Both the position numbers and the translations under genes were made by a program. A model generated the notes under the pieces. It was not told the DNA's origin, made no database searches, and saw only the letters and a list, made by a program, of their open reading frames with translations. Source: the human T2T-CHM13v2.0 reference genome, Homo sapiens. Taken from it: a stretch of 64,000 bases of DNA. Of this stretch, positions 1-13,607 are shown one piece after another (positions within the stretch are counted from its first letter, which is position 1; each line of letters opens with the position of its first letter). The stretch lies in assembly GCF_009914755.1 (NCBI RefSeq), contig NC_060937.1; one strand, 5' to 3'.

Positions 1-68
1 ATTAAGGACTGAGGTATTTGGCTTTTGCTTTTCCAGCCCCTCCCATCAGGCCTGTCCACCACCTCTGT

Positions 69-178
69 CCACACCCCTCCGACCCACACACACCTGCACA
101 CACACCCGACCCACACACACCTGCACACACACCTGCATGCACATCTGCACGCACACACACACACACACACACACACAG
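69..178 (+). repeat. CA-rich degenerate minisatellite ending in a (CA)n microsatellite
   Basis: Repeated cacacacacctg / cccgacccacacacac units, then a pure CA run at ~152-177. Confidence 0.9.
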
Positions 179-622
179 ACGCATTTCACAGCACAGTCTG
201 CAGCCCTCTTCAATGTGGAAAGCTTGAGTGCATCACTCCACCTAGGGCAGGAGCCAAGCTTCCAGGTGAAACTGGAGCTGCAAATTCTTTCCCTTCTGGA
301 TGCCACAGAGCAGAAAGCAGACTCTTGGAATCACAGATCCCAGTGCAGGAAGAGGACTTACACTGCCTGGGCACCCTGAACAGTGCATAAAACCTCCACA
401 GCCACTGCCTGGCTCATGGCAGCAATTCTGACAACCTCTTGCTTGGTCCACTTTCCTCCAGAACTTGTGCTGTCTGAGACCTTCAGAATGTGAAGTGCAG
501 TGGGGAAACTGGGAGGGAAGCAGGTTAAGACTCATCCTCCCTCTCTTTAGGAATTCTACCAGTTAGCATATGGGTTGAGCCATATGGAAATGCTGTTATG
601 CTTCAGTCAAAATGATGTTAAG

Positions 623-726
623 ATCCTCTTGTAGCTCCTAAGTGTGACGATTGGGTTTTCAGGCTCATATGTGAGATGTGCCTCCCTCAGATCTTGTTAC
701 GATGTTGGCACATTACCCATCTGATG
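623..726 (+). pseudogene. U13 (SNORD13) box C/D snoRNA retrocopy
   Basis: ATCCTCTTGTAGCTCCTAAGTGTGACGATTGGG...GTGAGATGTGCC...TTGTTACGATGTTGGCACATTACCCATCTGA follows U13 over its full length; short A-rich tail; degenerate TSD aaatgatgtta/aagtgatgttg. Confidence 0.9.
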
Positions 727-1143
727 TGAAAAAGAAGTGATGTTGAATGTTGGCATTCATATAATTCAACCTAAACCATAGAGAACCAATAGTCAAAGTA
801 CCACACTCATGAATGGGTTGGAAAATGCCCAACAATATCACTAAGACAAGGCTGTCTGTGTAAATTGGACTAGAAAAGGAGTATAATTGAGGCCTAAGTG
901 GAGTTTCCAGTTGCCTTTCCCTAGAATGGATGATGACCATGGCTGCCAAGCAACTTTCTCTGAGGCAGAGGGGGAATGGTGGTCCTCCCCAGCCAAAGGA
1001 GGGCTCATCTAGGTGTACTGGTTGGGGACACCAAAAGAGATGCTGTGAGGCAGGGAGGGAGAAGGGTTGCCCCTTTTCCTCATTATGAATCCTAAAAAGT
1101 GGCCCCCCACATATTGTCCTGCATTAGCTTATGATGCAGACAT

Positions 1144-1462
1144 TGTCTTAGTCCATTTGTGCTGCTGTAACAAAATATCTGAGACTGGGTAATTTATAGA
1201 GAGCAAAAATGTATTTTCTTACAGTCCTAGAGGCTGAGAAGTCCAAGATCAAGGCACCAGCATTCACTGTCTGGTGAGGGTCATCTTACACATCAGAAGG
1301 TGGAAGAGCAAAAGGGATGATCTGTCTGTCTGGAGGCTCATTTATAAGGGCATTAATCCACCCCAAAAGATCCCACCTCTTTGCAATCTTTGCATCTCTA
1401 CAAAGTAGATTGTGTTTCAACATGAATTTTGGAGGGGACGTCAACATTTTAAACCATAGCAC
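1144..1462 (-). mobile_element. MaLR LTR (MST/MLT1A-like)
   Basis: tgtcttagtccatttgtgctgctgtaacaaaata...gggtaatttata...aaaccatagca termini. Confidence 0.8.
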
Positions 1463-1494
1463 ACATCAAAGTAAATCTGGAAGCACAACATGGT

Positions 1495-1974
1495 TGTGAT
1501 AGTGAATTTTATGTGTCAATGTGACTGGGCCACAGGGTGCCCAGGTGAAATATGATTTTTGGCTGTGTCTGGGAGGGTGTTTCTGGATGAGATTAGCATT
1601 TGAATAGGTGTACTCAGTAAAGTACATGGCGCTCCTTCATGTGAGTGAGCCTCATCCAATTCTTTGAAGACCTGAATAGAACAAATGTCAGAGAAAGGAA
1701 AAAACATTTGCTGCCCCCTTTTCTTGAGCTAGGACATCTCATCTCATGTTCTCCTGCCCTCAGGCTTGGATTTATACCATCAGCTTCCCTAGTTGTCAGG
1801 CCTTTGGACATCAGACTGAATTATACCATTGGCTTTCCCAGGTATCCAACTTGCAGACAGCAGATAATGGGACTTCTTAGCCTCCATAATCATGTGAGTC
1901 AGTTCCTCATAACAAATCTCCTTTTAGATAGATAAATAGGTGATGGATGGATGGATGGATGGGTGAACGGATGA

Positions 1975-2027
<53 letters not shown>

Positions 2028-2096
2028 GAGATAGAGTAGGGGTAGAGACAGAGATAACCCCTATTGGTTCTGTTTCTTTGAAGAACCGTAACTAAG
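1495..2096 (+). mobile_element. ERVL LTR (MLT2-like) containing a compound STR
   Basis: tgtgatagtgaattttatgtgtcaa...gattagcatttgaat...cctattggttctgtttct hallmark motifs. Confidence 0.8.
1942..2030 (+). repeat. Compound (GATG)n/(ATAG)~10/(ACAG)3 microsatellite
   Basis: Visible directly in the sequence. Confidence 0.95.
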
Positions 2097-2713
2097 CCAA
2101 TGGTTCACCTGATGAGCACCCTAGTATTTTGCTTGCTCAGGCTATTTGTGGCTCCCAATAACATAAGCAGAACCGAGACATTCCCATAGTCCCCAGGGGA
2201 GACTCAGGAGGCAGCTAAATTCAAAGAATCATAGGGCCTGCCACACTGAAGGGAAAAATAATCAACACCAGAGGCTTGGGGTGGCCTCCTTTACCAGGAG
2301 CCAGGTGGACACTAATGCAGAAACCCAGAACTCACAGAGTACCAGCAAGAATCAAGGGAAGGACAGGTCATCCAGAGAGGGCTAGCAGGTTCTGCCTAGG
2401 CAGGAGGAAAGATAACACATTTTCCCCCCAAGATTATAGAACAGGCCTTGGCCAACATGCTGGAACCAGGAGAGGAAGAGAGCTATATAGAGCAGGGCCA
2501 CCACAGTCAACCCTCAACATGAGACAAAGCTGTCTCAGCTGACTTGTAAACTCATAAGAAAGAAATACACGTTTCCTGGGGTATGCCATTGAGATCTTGA
2601 GGTTGTTCTGCAGCTACAGCTGACCAATACAAAGACAGAGTTTAACGTGACTTGATCATACCTTGTGACATTGTCTGTCAACACGAGCCACAAACACAAT
2701 ATTAGAATTTAGA

Positions 2714-3078
<365 letters not shown>

Positions 3079-3165
3079 TTAGAGTATATTTCATGATATC
3101 TCTAACCAGCCCAGTTGGCACTGTTGGTACAGGGGAAATGATACATCTGAAGAATGGAAACAGAC

Positions 3166-3785
3166 TGTCAATCGAGAAAAATGATAAGACAAGTCTCAAT
3201 CATTTTAGAAGGCTTATTTGCCAAAGTTAAGGATGCACACCCAGGAGACAGGTCTATGCCTTTCTCCGAGGATGATTTTGAGGGCTCCAAATTTAAAGGG
3301 GAAATGGTAGGATATTGAGAAATATACAATTTTCATGTAAGAGGGGTATAGGGAAAAATAGTCATTCATGCCTTTGTCTGGCTCTATTAATTTGCATTTT
3401 TTTGCATAAGATGACATAGACAAATGGGCAGAGGAAAAATACAGGGAATCTGCATTTGACATAAGATAACATAGACAAAATGGGACAGGGGAACAATCAG
3501 ATATGCATCTGTGTCTGGTGGGCCTGGGGTGACTGCACCTGTAAAGAGAAGCTATCATTTTACATTGCCATGGTGAAATCTTCACAGAAACACCTTAAAA
3601 GATCTTGCAGCTCACTAGGAATTTTCTTGTGGGCAAATTATGGGGGAGGTGTGTAGCTTTTTATCTCGTAGCGATCTTATTTAGGAACCAAAAGGGGGAG
3701 GCAGGTTTGTGTGACCCGGTTCCCAGATTGACTTTTCCCTTTGGCTTAATGAGTTTGGGGTCCTAAGATTTAATTTCCTTTCACA
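3166..3785 (-). mobile_element. ERV1 solo LTR (MER4A-like)
   Basis: TG...CA termini with 4-bp TSD agac; reverse strand begins tgtgaaaggaaattaaatcttaggaccccaaactcattaagcc. Confidence 0.8.
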
Positions 3786-4198
3786 AGACTATAAATAAAA
3801 TTTCTTTGCTCCCCCACCACTGTCACAATAAAAATAAATCTGTGACAGGAACTTTCGCTTCACTAGAAAACAAATTAACAAAGGAAGAACAGCTATCTGA
3901 ACTTCAAGCTCTTCCAAATGAAGGATGCTATTTTGGGGAAGCAGTTAGCTCAATGAAACCTCATTATATAAACTCACTTTGCAAACTCTTCCCAACCAGG
4001 CAATCTTGGTGATGATATGTGGTTTGGTCCAGAAATGAAGGCAAAAAAGTATTAATTTTTAACATGTAAGACCCATTTTTTAAAGTCTTAAGGACTGAAA
4101 AACCCTAGTTTTAATGTCTTTCTCTATTTAATGAAACTTGACACGGGAACAATTCTAAGTGAGAAGAAAGAGCAAATATCTTTTAAATTTACTCTTTC

Positions 4199-4625
4199 TT
4201 AGTAAGGGTGGTAGCAACTGTACTTCATCAGGTTCTGGAATGTCTTTTCCAAATCTTAATAAAATGCAGCATTATCATAAGTTCAAATACAAGCAAGAAA
4301 ACAAGTACATGGTAGGTTTATTAATAGTAGGTTAACCCAACCAGGTGGAATTTGAGATTACCTTTGGTTCAAAACTGTTTCAGAAACAAAAGGAGACAGG
4401 GAGATTGTAAATTCCAAAAGAAATGGAAACTCACAGTCAAAGGCACCTTACTAAAATCCATTTTAAATCTACTGAATCTCAGCAAGTCACCTATTAAAGG
4501 CCACAGTTTCACTTCTAATGAACAGAGATTAAACCAGTTTTGACCACCACTATCTAATAATGTCTTTATATTTTACCTCCCTTGTCAGAAAGAATTAATT
4601 CATGCTTTATTCATTCAGCAAATAT
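4199..4625 (+). repeat. Left arm of 427-bp inverted duplication
   Basis: Reverse complement of 5995-6421 with about 7 mismatches; ORFs 4352..4543(+) and 6077..6268(-) are almost identical. Confidence 0.97.
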
Positions 4626-5050
4626 TTATGGATTGTTCATGTTCCACCATGAGTTCTTGTAAGTCCTGGAGGGAGTATTGACACGAATAGTGCACAGTTC
4701 TGTCCTCAAAGAGCTCATAGTGGAGGAGCCAGATAAGACAACTGACAACCCCAAGAGAACACCAGCAGATTGTAATCTATGAGCACACAGATGAGGACAG
4801 CAGACCCAGCCAGCAGGGTCAGGAGAGGCCACTCAGAGGAACTGAGACATTGGAACTCAGGCCTGAAGGATGATGGCAGGAAGCCCAACAGGAGAGGCCA
4901 TTTCAGGGAAAGGGAACAATATTATGTTTGAAGGCAAGGCAGGGAGAGCTTGGAGTATCTGGGGAATGACAAGTGTTTCAATATGTATGAATTTGGCAAT
5001 GGGGAAGATGAGGCTGAAAAATTATTCAGGGCCAAATCAAGAATCCCCAT
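4605..5050 (-). mobile_element. L2 3' remnant
   Basis: ttcattcagcaaatatttat...gtcctcaaagagctcatagt pattern typical of an antisense L2 end; degraded. Confidence 0.55.
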
Positions 5051-5077
5051 GCATGAGAAAGACATCTCAAAGAATGA

Positions 5078-5419
<342 letters not shown>

Positions 5420-5929
5420 TGACTTTTGAAGGAGATAAAAGACCAGCGTTGAGCCAGTAGAGAGCAGAATTTAATTATGATTCTGCAAATCCACATTTAA
5501 GGTCATGGCGTCCACAGTACTATTACTCTAAAAAAAATGTTTTTTTAAATCAAGATTCAGAAGGAAGTGCTACAGATGTTACTCTGGGCAACCTGGTTCC
5601 ATCAACTGGTTCTAATTAAACCAACACCTGCATTTTACGCAGGAATGGACTTTTCGGGAATAAGGATCCAGCTTTTCTCAAAGAATAATAAAATAATAGC
5701 ACTCATTTGCTGTGGACAAAGGGTGCGGTAATGTGGAGCCAAACTGCAGAGGAAGTTTGTAGAGAAAAGGGAGGTCATGGTTTTTAGGCTGAGCAGACAG
5801 GTAAAAATTGTCTTCAAGGTTATAAAATTAGCAAATTGCAAAGCCAGGATCCAAAGCCATTTCTCCTGGTTCCAAACCCAATGTTCTTCTTGTTGTCTTC
5901 TTCTTGCTAAAGAAGCAGCTTAGCTGACA

Positions 5930-6480
5930 GTTCACTGGCCTTAAGTCAAACAATCTAAGTTCAAGTTCTCATTCTGCCACTTGATATTTTTGCTATATTT
6001 GCTGAATGAATAAAGAATGAATTAATTCTTTCTGACAAGGGAGGTAAAATATAAAGACATTATTAGGCAGTGGTGGTCAAAATTGGTTTAACCTCTGTTC
6101 ATTAGAAGTGAAACTGTGGCCTTTAATAGGTGACTTGCTGAGATTCAGTAGATTTAAAATGGATTTTAGTAAGGTGCCTTTGACTGTGAGTTTCCATTTC
6201 TTTTGGAATTTACAATCTCCCTGTCTCCTTTTGTTTCTGAAACAGTTTTGAACCAAAGATAATCTCAAATTCCACCTGGTTGGGTTAACCTACTATTAAT
6301 AAACCTACCATGTACTTGTTTTCTTGCTTGTATTTGAACTTATGATAATGCTGCATTTTATTAAGATTTGGAAAAGACATTCCAGAACCTGATGAAGTAC
6401 AGTTGCTACTACCCTTACTAAATTTCCTTGTTAGCCTCTTCATGCAACTCAGCCTCCTTGTGAATAAAATGAAGGGGTCT
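5930..6480 (+). mobile_element. Degraded MIR split by the right arm of the inverted duplication
   Basis: agtcaaacaatctaagttcaagttctcattctgccactt (~5945-5982) and ctcagcctccttgtgaataaaatg (~6448-6471) resemble consecutive parts of the MIR core. Confidence 0.45.
5995..6421 (-). repeat. Right arm of 427-bp inverted duplication
   Basis: Reverse complement of 4199-4625. Confidence 0.97.
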
Positions 6481-6833
6481 GGGCCCGGATCTGTGCTTAC
6501 ACCATTTGCCTAGAGATCCACACATGTCTGGGTTATCAGTTAGGTATTATCGCCTCTGATTGTGGACATATTTGCCTCCCACCCCTACTCCTTGAGAGAT
6601 ATAAAAGAGAAGCCTCCAGATGGTCCAGAAATGCTGTGTGTTCATGGGCACATGGTGGCCCCAACCTCAGCTGCTACAGTTCCACACAGGTTTCACTAGG
6701 AAAAAAGAGTTCATTGCTTAAAAAGGAAGAAGAAATAAACAAGTCTGTCAAACACTGGCATGTATGAGCACTAAGATCATTTCCAGCTAAAAATAATTGA
6801 CCTTCTAATGTTGGGATGATAAAGGAAACTTAG

Positions 6834-7290
<457 letters not shown>

Positions 7291-8343
7291 TAACTACTTG
7301 CCTGAGATAACCCAGTTAATAAGGGTGAGACCTGGGATTGGAACCCAAGTATTCTCACTCCCATCAGAATACACTAAACGTGGCCCTCACAATTTACTCA
7401 GGCAACCATCACATCCTAAAGAAAATGTGTTAAGCTTTTATTCACCGAGCACACTCTCAAGTAAATGTGACTCTGTAGAACTTCAGAGTCAGATCACCTT
7501 AAGTCCATTCTGTTTTCTTAACTAAATCCTTTTCCAATCCACAACTTGAAATTACCTTCCAGAAGGAAAGAAACTAAGTTTTTTATTTATTCACATGCAT
7601 AGATCCACCACTGATCAACAACTTGGAGCATACAATGATAATGACATTTAAACACTCAGGATGTGTAAAGCATCATGACAGATACAGGTCATGAGTCATC
7701 TCATTGAACCTCACAGGACTCATATGAGGCAGGTCCTAGTAACAGAACTCTTTGGTTGCAAGAAAGAAACACCAACAAGCATAAGCAGGAATGACGCTGC
7801 AAGACTGCTTCCCAGAACCCGGGAGAAGGAAACCAGCAGAGCCTCTGGAAACAGTGACAACCAGGAACTCGGAGAAACTCCCCAGCTCTAGTCTCCACTT
7901 CTCCAGAGAGGATAGGGGATGTGGGGAGGAAGTAAAGGCACAACACTATGTGAGAACTCAGGAGTTCAGCTGTGGCTGAAGTGTGTGGCATGTGTGCCTG
8001 TGTGTGCAGGATGGGTGGAACAGTAAGCTGGTGAGATCAGTAGGACAAATTACAAAGAACTTTATAATTTGTAATTAATAAATTATAATTTGAGTTAATT
8101 TATAAATTATAATTAATAACTGTATATTGTATTTTTAAAGTATGATTGTGACATACTTAAATATTTTTGGAATGTTTCCACCTAAACATGTACACACACA
8201 CACAGACACACACATACATACATGTAAATAATGAATAACTTTTTTTTAAAACCACCTCTATGCCAGGCACTAAGTGCTATTCACATTACTTAGTCTTCAT
8301 AATCACCCTATGAGGGGATTATATTACCCTTCTTAATCCACAT

Positions 8344-8690
8344 TGTCTTAGTTCAGGTTGCTGCAACAAAATAACAGACTGGCTAACAGAAATCTATTGC
8401 TCATAGTTCTGGAGGCTGGGAAGTCCAAGATCAAGGCGCTAGCAGATTCAGTGTCTAATGAAGGTTCACTCTCTGCCTTATAGTTGGCACCTTCTTTCGG
8501 TGTCCTCACATGATGGAAAAGAGACACAAGCTCCTTCAGCCTATTTTATAAGGTCACTAATCCCATTCAGGGGGACAGAACCCTCGTGATCTCATCAATT
8601 CCTGAAGTCCCTACCTTTTAATACCACCACACTGGGGATTAGGTTTCAACCTACAAATTTTGTGCAGGCCCAAATATTCAGATCGTAGCA
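8344..8690 (-). mobile_element. MaLR LTR (MLT1A-like) inside a MIR (~8250-8800)
   Basis: tgtcttagttcaggttgctgcaacaaaata...tctggaggctgggaagtccaagatcaagg; MIR resumes at cccattttacaggtgaaaa. Confidence 0.8.
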
Positions 8691-10191
8691 CCCATTTTAC
8701 AGGTGAAAAAAAATCAAAAGTTCAGAGTAATTAATAACTTGCCCAGAGCACACAGTTACTGCATAGTGGAGCTCAGATTCCAACCCAGGCAGTCTGACAT
8801 TAGTTTCACGCCTACTCCCTGCTTCACTTGAATGAGGAAATAAAAATGCTACAACATGCTAAGAAGCCAAAGACATCTTACCAAGGAATCGGAATGTCGA
8901 GACAGATGGTTAGTAGGGCTTGTCATCGTTATCAAAACTCACATTTGTATTGCACTTTATAACTTTAAAGTGCGCTCACATCTGTCTCATTTGGTTCCCT
9001 TGACCCCATGAAGTGAGAACAACGTGGTAGTTTAGGGTGAGTTCTGTACCCTGCTTTCCCTCATGCCAGTGCAGTAGGCTGCATAATTGAGCCTCCGCAC
9101 TGCCAGCAAGCATCCAGGAGAAGTATCACCTGCCCATGCTCAGTGCAGAAAGTGCAAGAGCACTTCCAAGAGCAAGAGACAGTGCACTCTCTCTGGGCTT
9201 TGTTCAGCTCACTTATGCTTAATTCTCACCCAAACTCTATGAGACTTTTGAAATTTATCCAGAGACCAAAGTGATAGAAATGAGCCTAAGTTCTCAAACC
9301 CTCCTCCAGAAAGGCCAGGCCTCTGGCTCCATCTGGCATTGGAATTCCAGGAGCCACCATGCTAAAGGTCACCCCTGGCCTGCCCGCATCCTGAGCTCTG
9401 GATCATTCTGAAGAGACGTCCTGAGATTAAGCAGATGAGAACCCATGGACAGTGTAGGAAAATCATATGTTGTATGGAGCCTTGGAAGAGCAATCTGAAA
9501 CAATGATGCAAAGAAGGAGGCCAAGGAGTGAGGAGTGGGCAAGGAGAGTCTGCAAAGAGAACCAGGAGCTGGGGCTGGGAACCTTCTATGCACATGGACA
9601 ATGGGATGGGTGGAGCCATTCTGTGACTGGTCAGAGTTCTGGAGTCATCAACCTTGGCTAGAAATCCTGCTTTATCACCTACTGGGTGTATGATAGTGGG
9701 CAAGTTACATAGCCTTGTATCAGATTCCTCTGCTGTAAAATAGAGATGACGCTTACTTCCAGAGGTTACACTGGGAAAGAAATGAAAACCATATTCCAAG
9801 AACCAAACATACTTAACTGGCACATCACACTTCATTATTGATAGTTTCCATGATATTAAAACATTCCCTCGGGCTGTGCATCTGAATTTCTCCTCTTTAT
9901 GGACAATAATGAGCCATCAGGAAAACAGGAGGTAACCCTCACAATCAACAAGAGGCAAATCATTAAGTAAACTAGTTGTCCTAGCGACACCAAACTCAGC
10001 GGAATATTAAGAAGCCATTTTAAAGGATAAATATGAAGGACATAACCTTTTAAATGATTAGTTTAAAAAGACACAAAATTCCAAATGTACTCTCATTATA
10101 ATTATGTAAATATATGGGCCTTACTGAAAAGACACGTGGAAAACTAAAAATAGAGTAATACATTTATGTATTTTTAAAAAATATTCATATC

Positions 10192-10310
10192 GTCGGGCAT
10201 TGTGGCAAATGCCTGTAGTCCCAGCTACTCCAGAGACAGAGGTGAGGCGAATGACTTGAGCCCAGGAGTTTAAGACCTGCCTGGGCAACACAGCAAGACC
10301 TAGTCTCAAA
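10192..10310 (+). mobile_element. Alu monomer (FLAM-like)
   Basis: Single Alu arm followed by an AT-rich low-complexity tract (10310-10480). Confidence 0.8.
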
Positions 10311-10482
10311 ATATATGCATATATCTCTATATATGTATTTATTTAATATATTTATCTTAATAAATATATAATATTTATGCAAATATACTATGTATTTATT
10401 ATTAGAATAATATATATTTTATGTATTTTATGAATATAAGATATATATTTTAAAATATAAAAATATATATATAAATAAATTT

Positions 10483-11205
10483 ATGTGGTGCTCAACATCA
10501 TTAGTTATTGGGGAAATACAAAGTAAAACTACTGTAAGATACCATTACACATCTACCAGGACACCTAAAATTGAAGGACAGATAAAACCAAGTGTTGACA
10601 AAGATGAGGAGCAACTGGAACTCTCATACATCTGTGGAAGGTTCAGCCCTTCCACTAGTTTGAAAACCATTTGGCAGTAGCTGCCAAGCCAAATGGAGTT
10701 ATGCCCTATGACCTGGCATTTTCATTCTTCGGTGTAATCCCAACAGAAATGAGTGGTTATCTTTACTAAAAGAAAGTTTAAGAACATTCATAGAAGCATT
10801 ACTCAAAATAGTTCCCAAACCAGAAACAACCTTTGTCCATCTACAGGAGAATGGACAAATAAATGTAGTGCATTCATACAATGGAACACTACACAGCAAT
10901 GGAAAAGTACACATTACTGCTATAGACAAGGAAGAATCTCACAGATATAATGTTGAGCAAAAGAAACCAGCACAAAAAAGCTCAAAACAGGCAAAAGTAA
11001 TCTGTGGGGCTAAAGAGAAGCCAGAGAAGTGGGTGTTTTGTGAGGGAGCATTGACTGAGAGGGAGTATGAGCCTTCTGGGGTACTGAAAGTATTCCAAAT
11101 ATAATTTGAATGATGGTTACACAAGTGTATATAATTCATTGAGCTAATGCCTTAAGTAAGATTTATGTACTTTGCTGTACATGAGTCATACTTCAACTCA
11201 AAAAG
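10483..11205 (+). mobile_element. Old L1 (L1M) ORF2 end and 3' UTR
   Basis: CSTSLVIGEIQSKTTVRYH matches the L1 ORF2 C-terminal CSTSL.IREMQIKTTMRYH motif. Confidence 0.8.
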
Positions 11206-11507
11206 CAGAAAATTTTTAATATTAGTATTAAGATTTTTAAAAATTCAAATCAGGCAAAAATTTAAGATAAAATCTGATTGACTTTCTTTCCTCTCTCTAT
11301 TCCCTTGAAGTTTTTAGTTTGGAGAATTACCTGATGTACTCAGTGAGAATACATTTCTAAGACAAAAACAGTTAGATATTTTAAAAATATGATGCAAAGC
11401 ATAATGCAGTTAAATCTATTTTTGGTGTCTGTTTTTCATTTTTGTTGTGTAACATTGAACAGTCTTTTCCTTTCCAGATCCCTCTGAGCTATAGTTTGGC
11501 CACTTAT

Positions 11508-11623
11508 AAAAAGGTTGAGAATTTTCCCTGCCTCATTTGAGCCATAAGAATATATGAACAAAACCAAAAAGGTTGAGAATTTTCCCTGCCTCATTTGGGC
11601 CATAAGAATTTATGAACGAAACC
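11508..11623 (+). repeat. 58-bp direct tandem duplication
   Basis: aaaaaggttgagaattttccctgcctcattt...aacc occurs twice with 3 mismatches. Confidence 0.95.
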
Positions 11624-11917
11624 CTGCCGGCACTTAAAAATATTGAACACTCTTAAATATTTTAAATGCTTCATATGGTATTCCACACGAGATGAGCCCA
11701 TGCACTAGATGTATCTGTGGGACCCTTTATATTTAACCATATCCCTTTTCTTGCAAACATTTCTCCTTATTTAACTTCTGTCTTTTGAATGTATACTGTA
11801 TTCTGAAACATAAATGCTTAAAATGAAGTTTCTAACAATTTATTCAAGTCACTGATACACCTTTAGTGGTTTCTTGAGCTTGAGCTTCACTCCTGGAATG
11901 AAATTTATGTTGAATGC

Positions 11918-12277
11918 TGTTTTCATCTGTTTGGAATGCTATAACAAAGTGCCATAAACTGAATGGCTTATAAACAACAAAAATTTATTTCTCACATATG
12001 GAGGTTGTGAAGTCCAAAGTCGAGGAACCAGTAGATTTTAAGCTTGGTGAAGGTCTGTTTCCTGGTTCATAGATGGTGTCTCCTGTCTGCATCTTCTCTT
12101 GGTGGAGGGGGCCCAGCTCTCTGGGGCCTCTTTTATAAAGGCAATAATCTCATTATAAAGGCTCTACCCTCGTGACCTAATCACCTCCCAAAAGTCCCAC
12201 CTTCTAATACCATCATCTTGGGTGTTAGAACTTCAACATATGAATTCTCAGGGGTCTCAAACATTCAGACTATAGCA
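11918..12277 (-). mobile_element. MaLR LTR (MLT1A-like)
   Basis: gctataacaaagtgccataaactgaatggcttataaacaac...acattcagactatagca. Confidence 0.8.
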
Positions 12278-12640
12278 AATGGAGTTCCAAAGAGATACCT
12301 CAAATTTCAAATTGTAGATCATTATTATCTGTGCAGTTTATTTTTTATTGTATTGTATTTTCTACCTTTTTAATAAAAGCCATTTAACTGGGGTGAGATG
12401 GTATCTCATTGTAGCTTTGATCTGCATTTCCCTGATGATTAGTGATATTGAACATTTCTTCATATACCTTTTGGCCATTTGTATGTCTTCTTTTGAAAAA
12501 TGTCTGTTTGGATCTTTTGCCCATTTTTACTTTAGATTATTTGGCATTTTTGCTATTGAGTTGTTTGAGTTCCTTCTATATTCTGGTTATTAATCCCTAG
12601 ACAGATGAGTAGTTTCCAAATATTTTCTCCTATTCTGTGG

Positions 12641-13070
12641 TGTATTAGTCTGTTTTCACACCACTATAAAGATACTATCCAAGTCTGGGTAATTTATAAA
12701 CAAAAGAGGTTTAATTGACTCACAGTTCCACATCGTTGGAGAGGTCTCAAGAAACTTACAATTATGGAGGAAGGAGAAGCTGGCACATCTTACGTGGCAG
12801 CAGGCAACAGAGACAGTGTGAGAGAGGAACTCTCAAACACAAAACCATCAGATCACGTGAGAACCGTCAAACACGTATAAAATCATCAGATCTAATGAGA
12901 ACTGTCAAACACTTATAAAACCATCAGACCTCATGAGAACTCACTCACTAAACAGCATGGGGGAAATAGCCCCCATGATCCAATCGCCTCCCACCAGGTT
13001 CCTCCCTCAACACCTGGGGATTACAATTCAAGATCAGATTTGGGCAGGGACACAAAGCCAAACCATATCA
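12641..13070 (-). mobile_element. MSTA/THE1-type MaLR LTR with internal triplication
   Basis: tgtattagtctgttttcac...caaaccatatca; 5-bp TSD tgtgg/cgtgg. Confidence 0.85.
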
Positions 13071-13268
13071 CGTGGGTTGTCTTTTTACTTTATTGTTTCC
13101 TTTGCCATACAGAAGTTTTTTAGCTTGATGTAATCCCATTTGTCTATTTTTGTTTGGTTGTCTCTGCTGTTGAGGTCTTGCACAAAGAATATTTTCCCAG
13201 ACTAATGTCTGAGACCATTTCCTCAATGTTTTCTTCTAGTAGTTTCACAGATTCCTGTCTTAGATTTA

Positions 13269-13607
<339 letters not shown>

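Noticed and set aside
2-390. His/Thr-rich or Cys/Val-rich ORFs
   Set aside because: They are translations of the CA repeat.
9362-9835. 157-aa ORF on the minus strand
   Set aside because: No recognisable domain, and part of it overlaps MIR-like sequence (~9630-9760). Its length is compatible with chance.
10310-10482. AT-only tracts here and at ~8060-8125 as possible palindromic AT-rich repeats
   Set aside because: Low-complexity sequence with no long clean palindrome visible.
11508-12945. Short direct repeats as a possible CRISPR-like array
   Set aside because: There are only 2-3 abutting units with no unique spacers, in a eukaryotic context with no cas genes.
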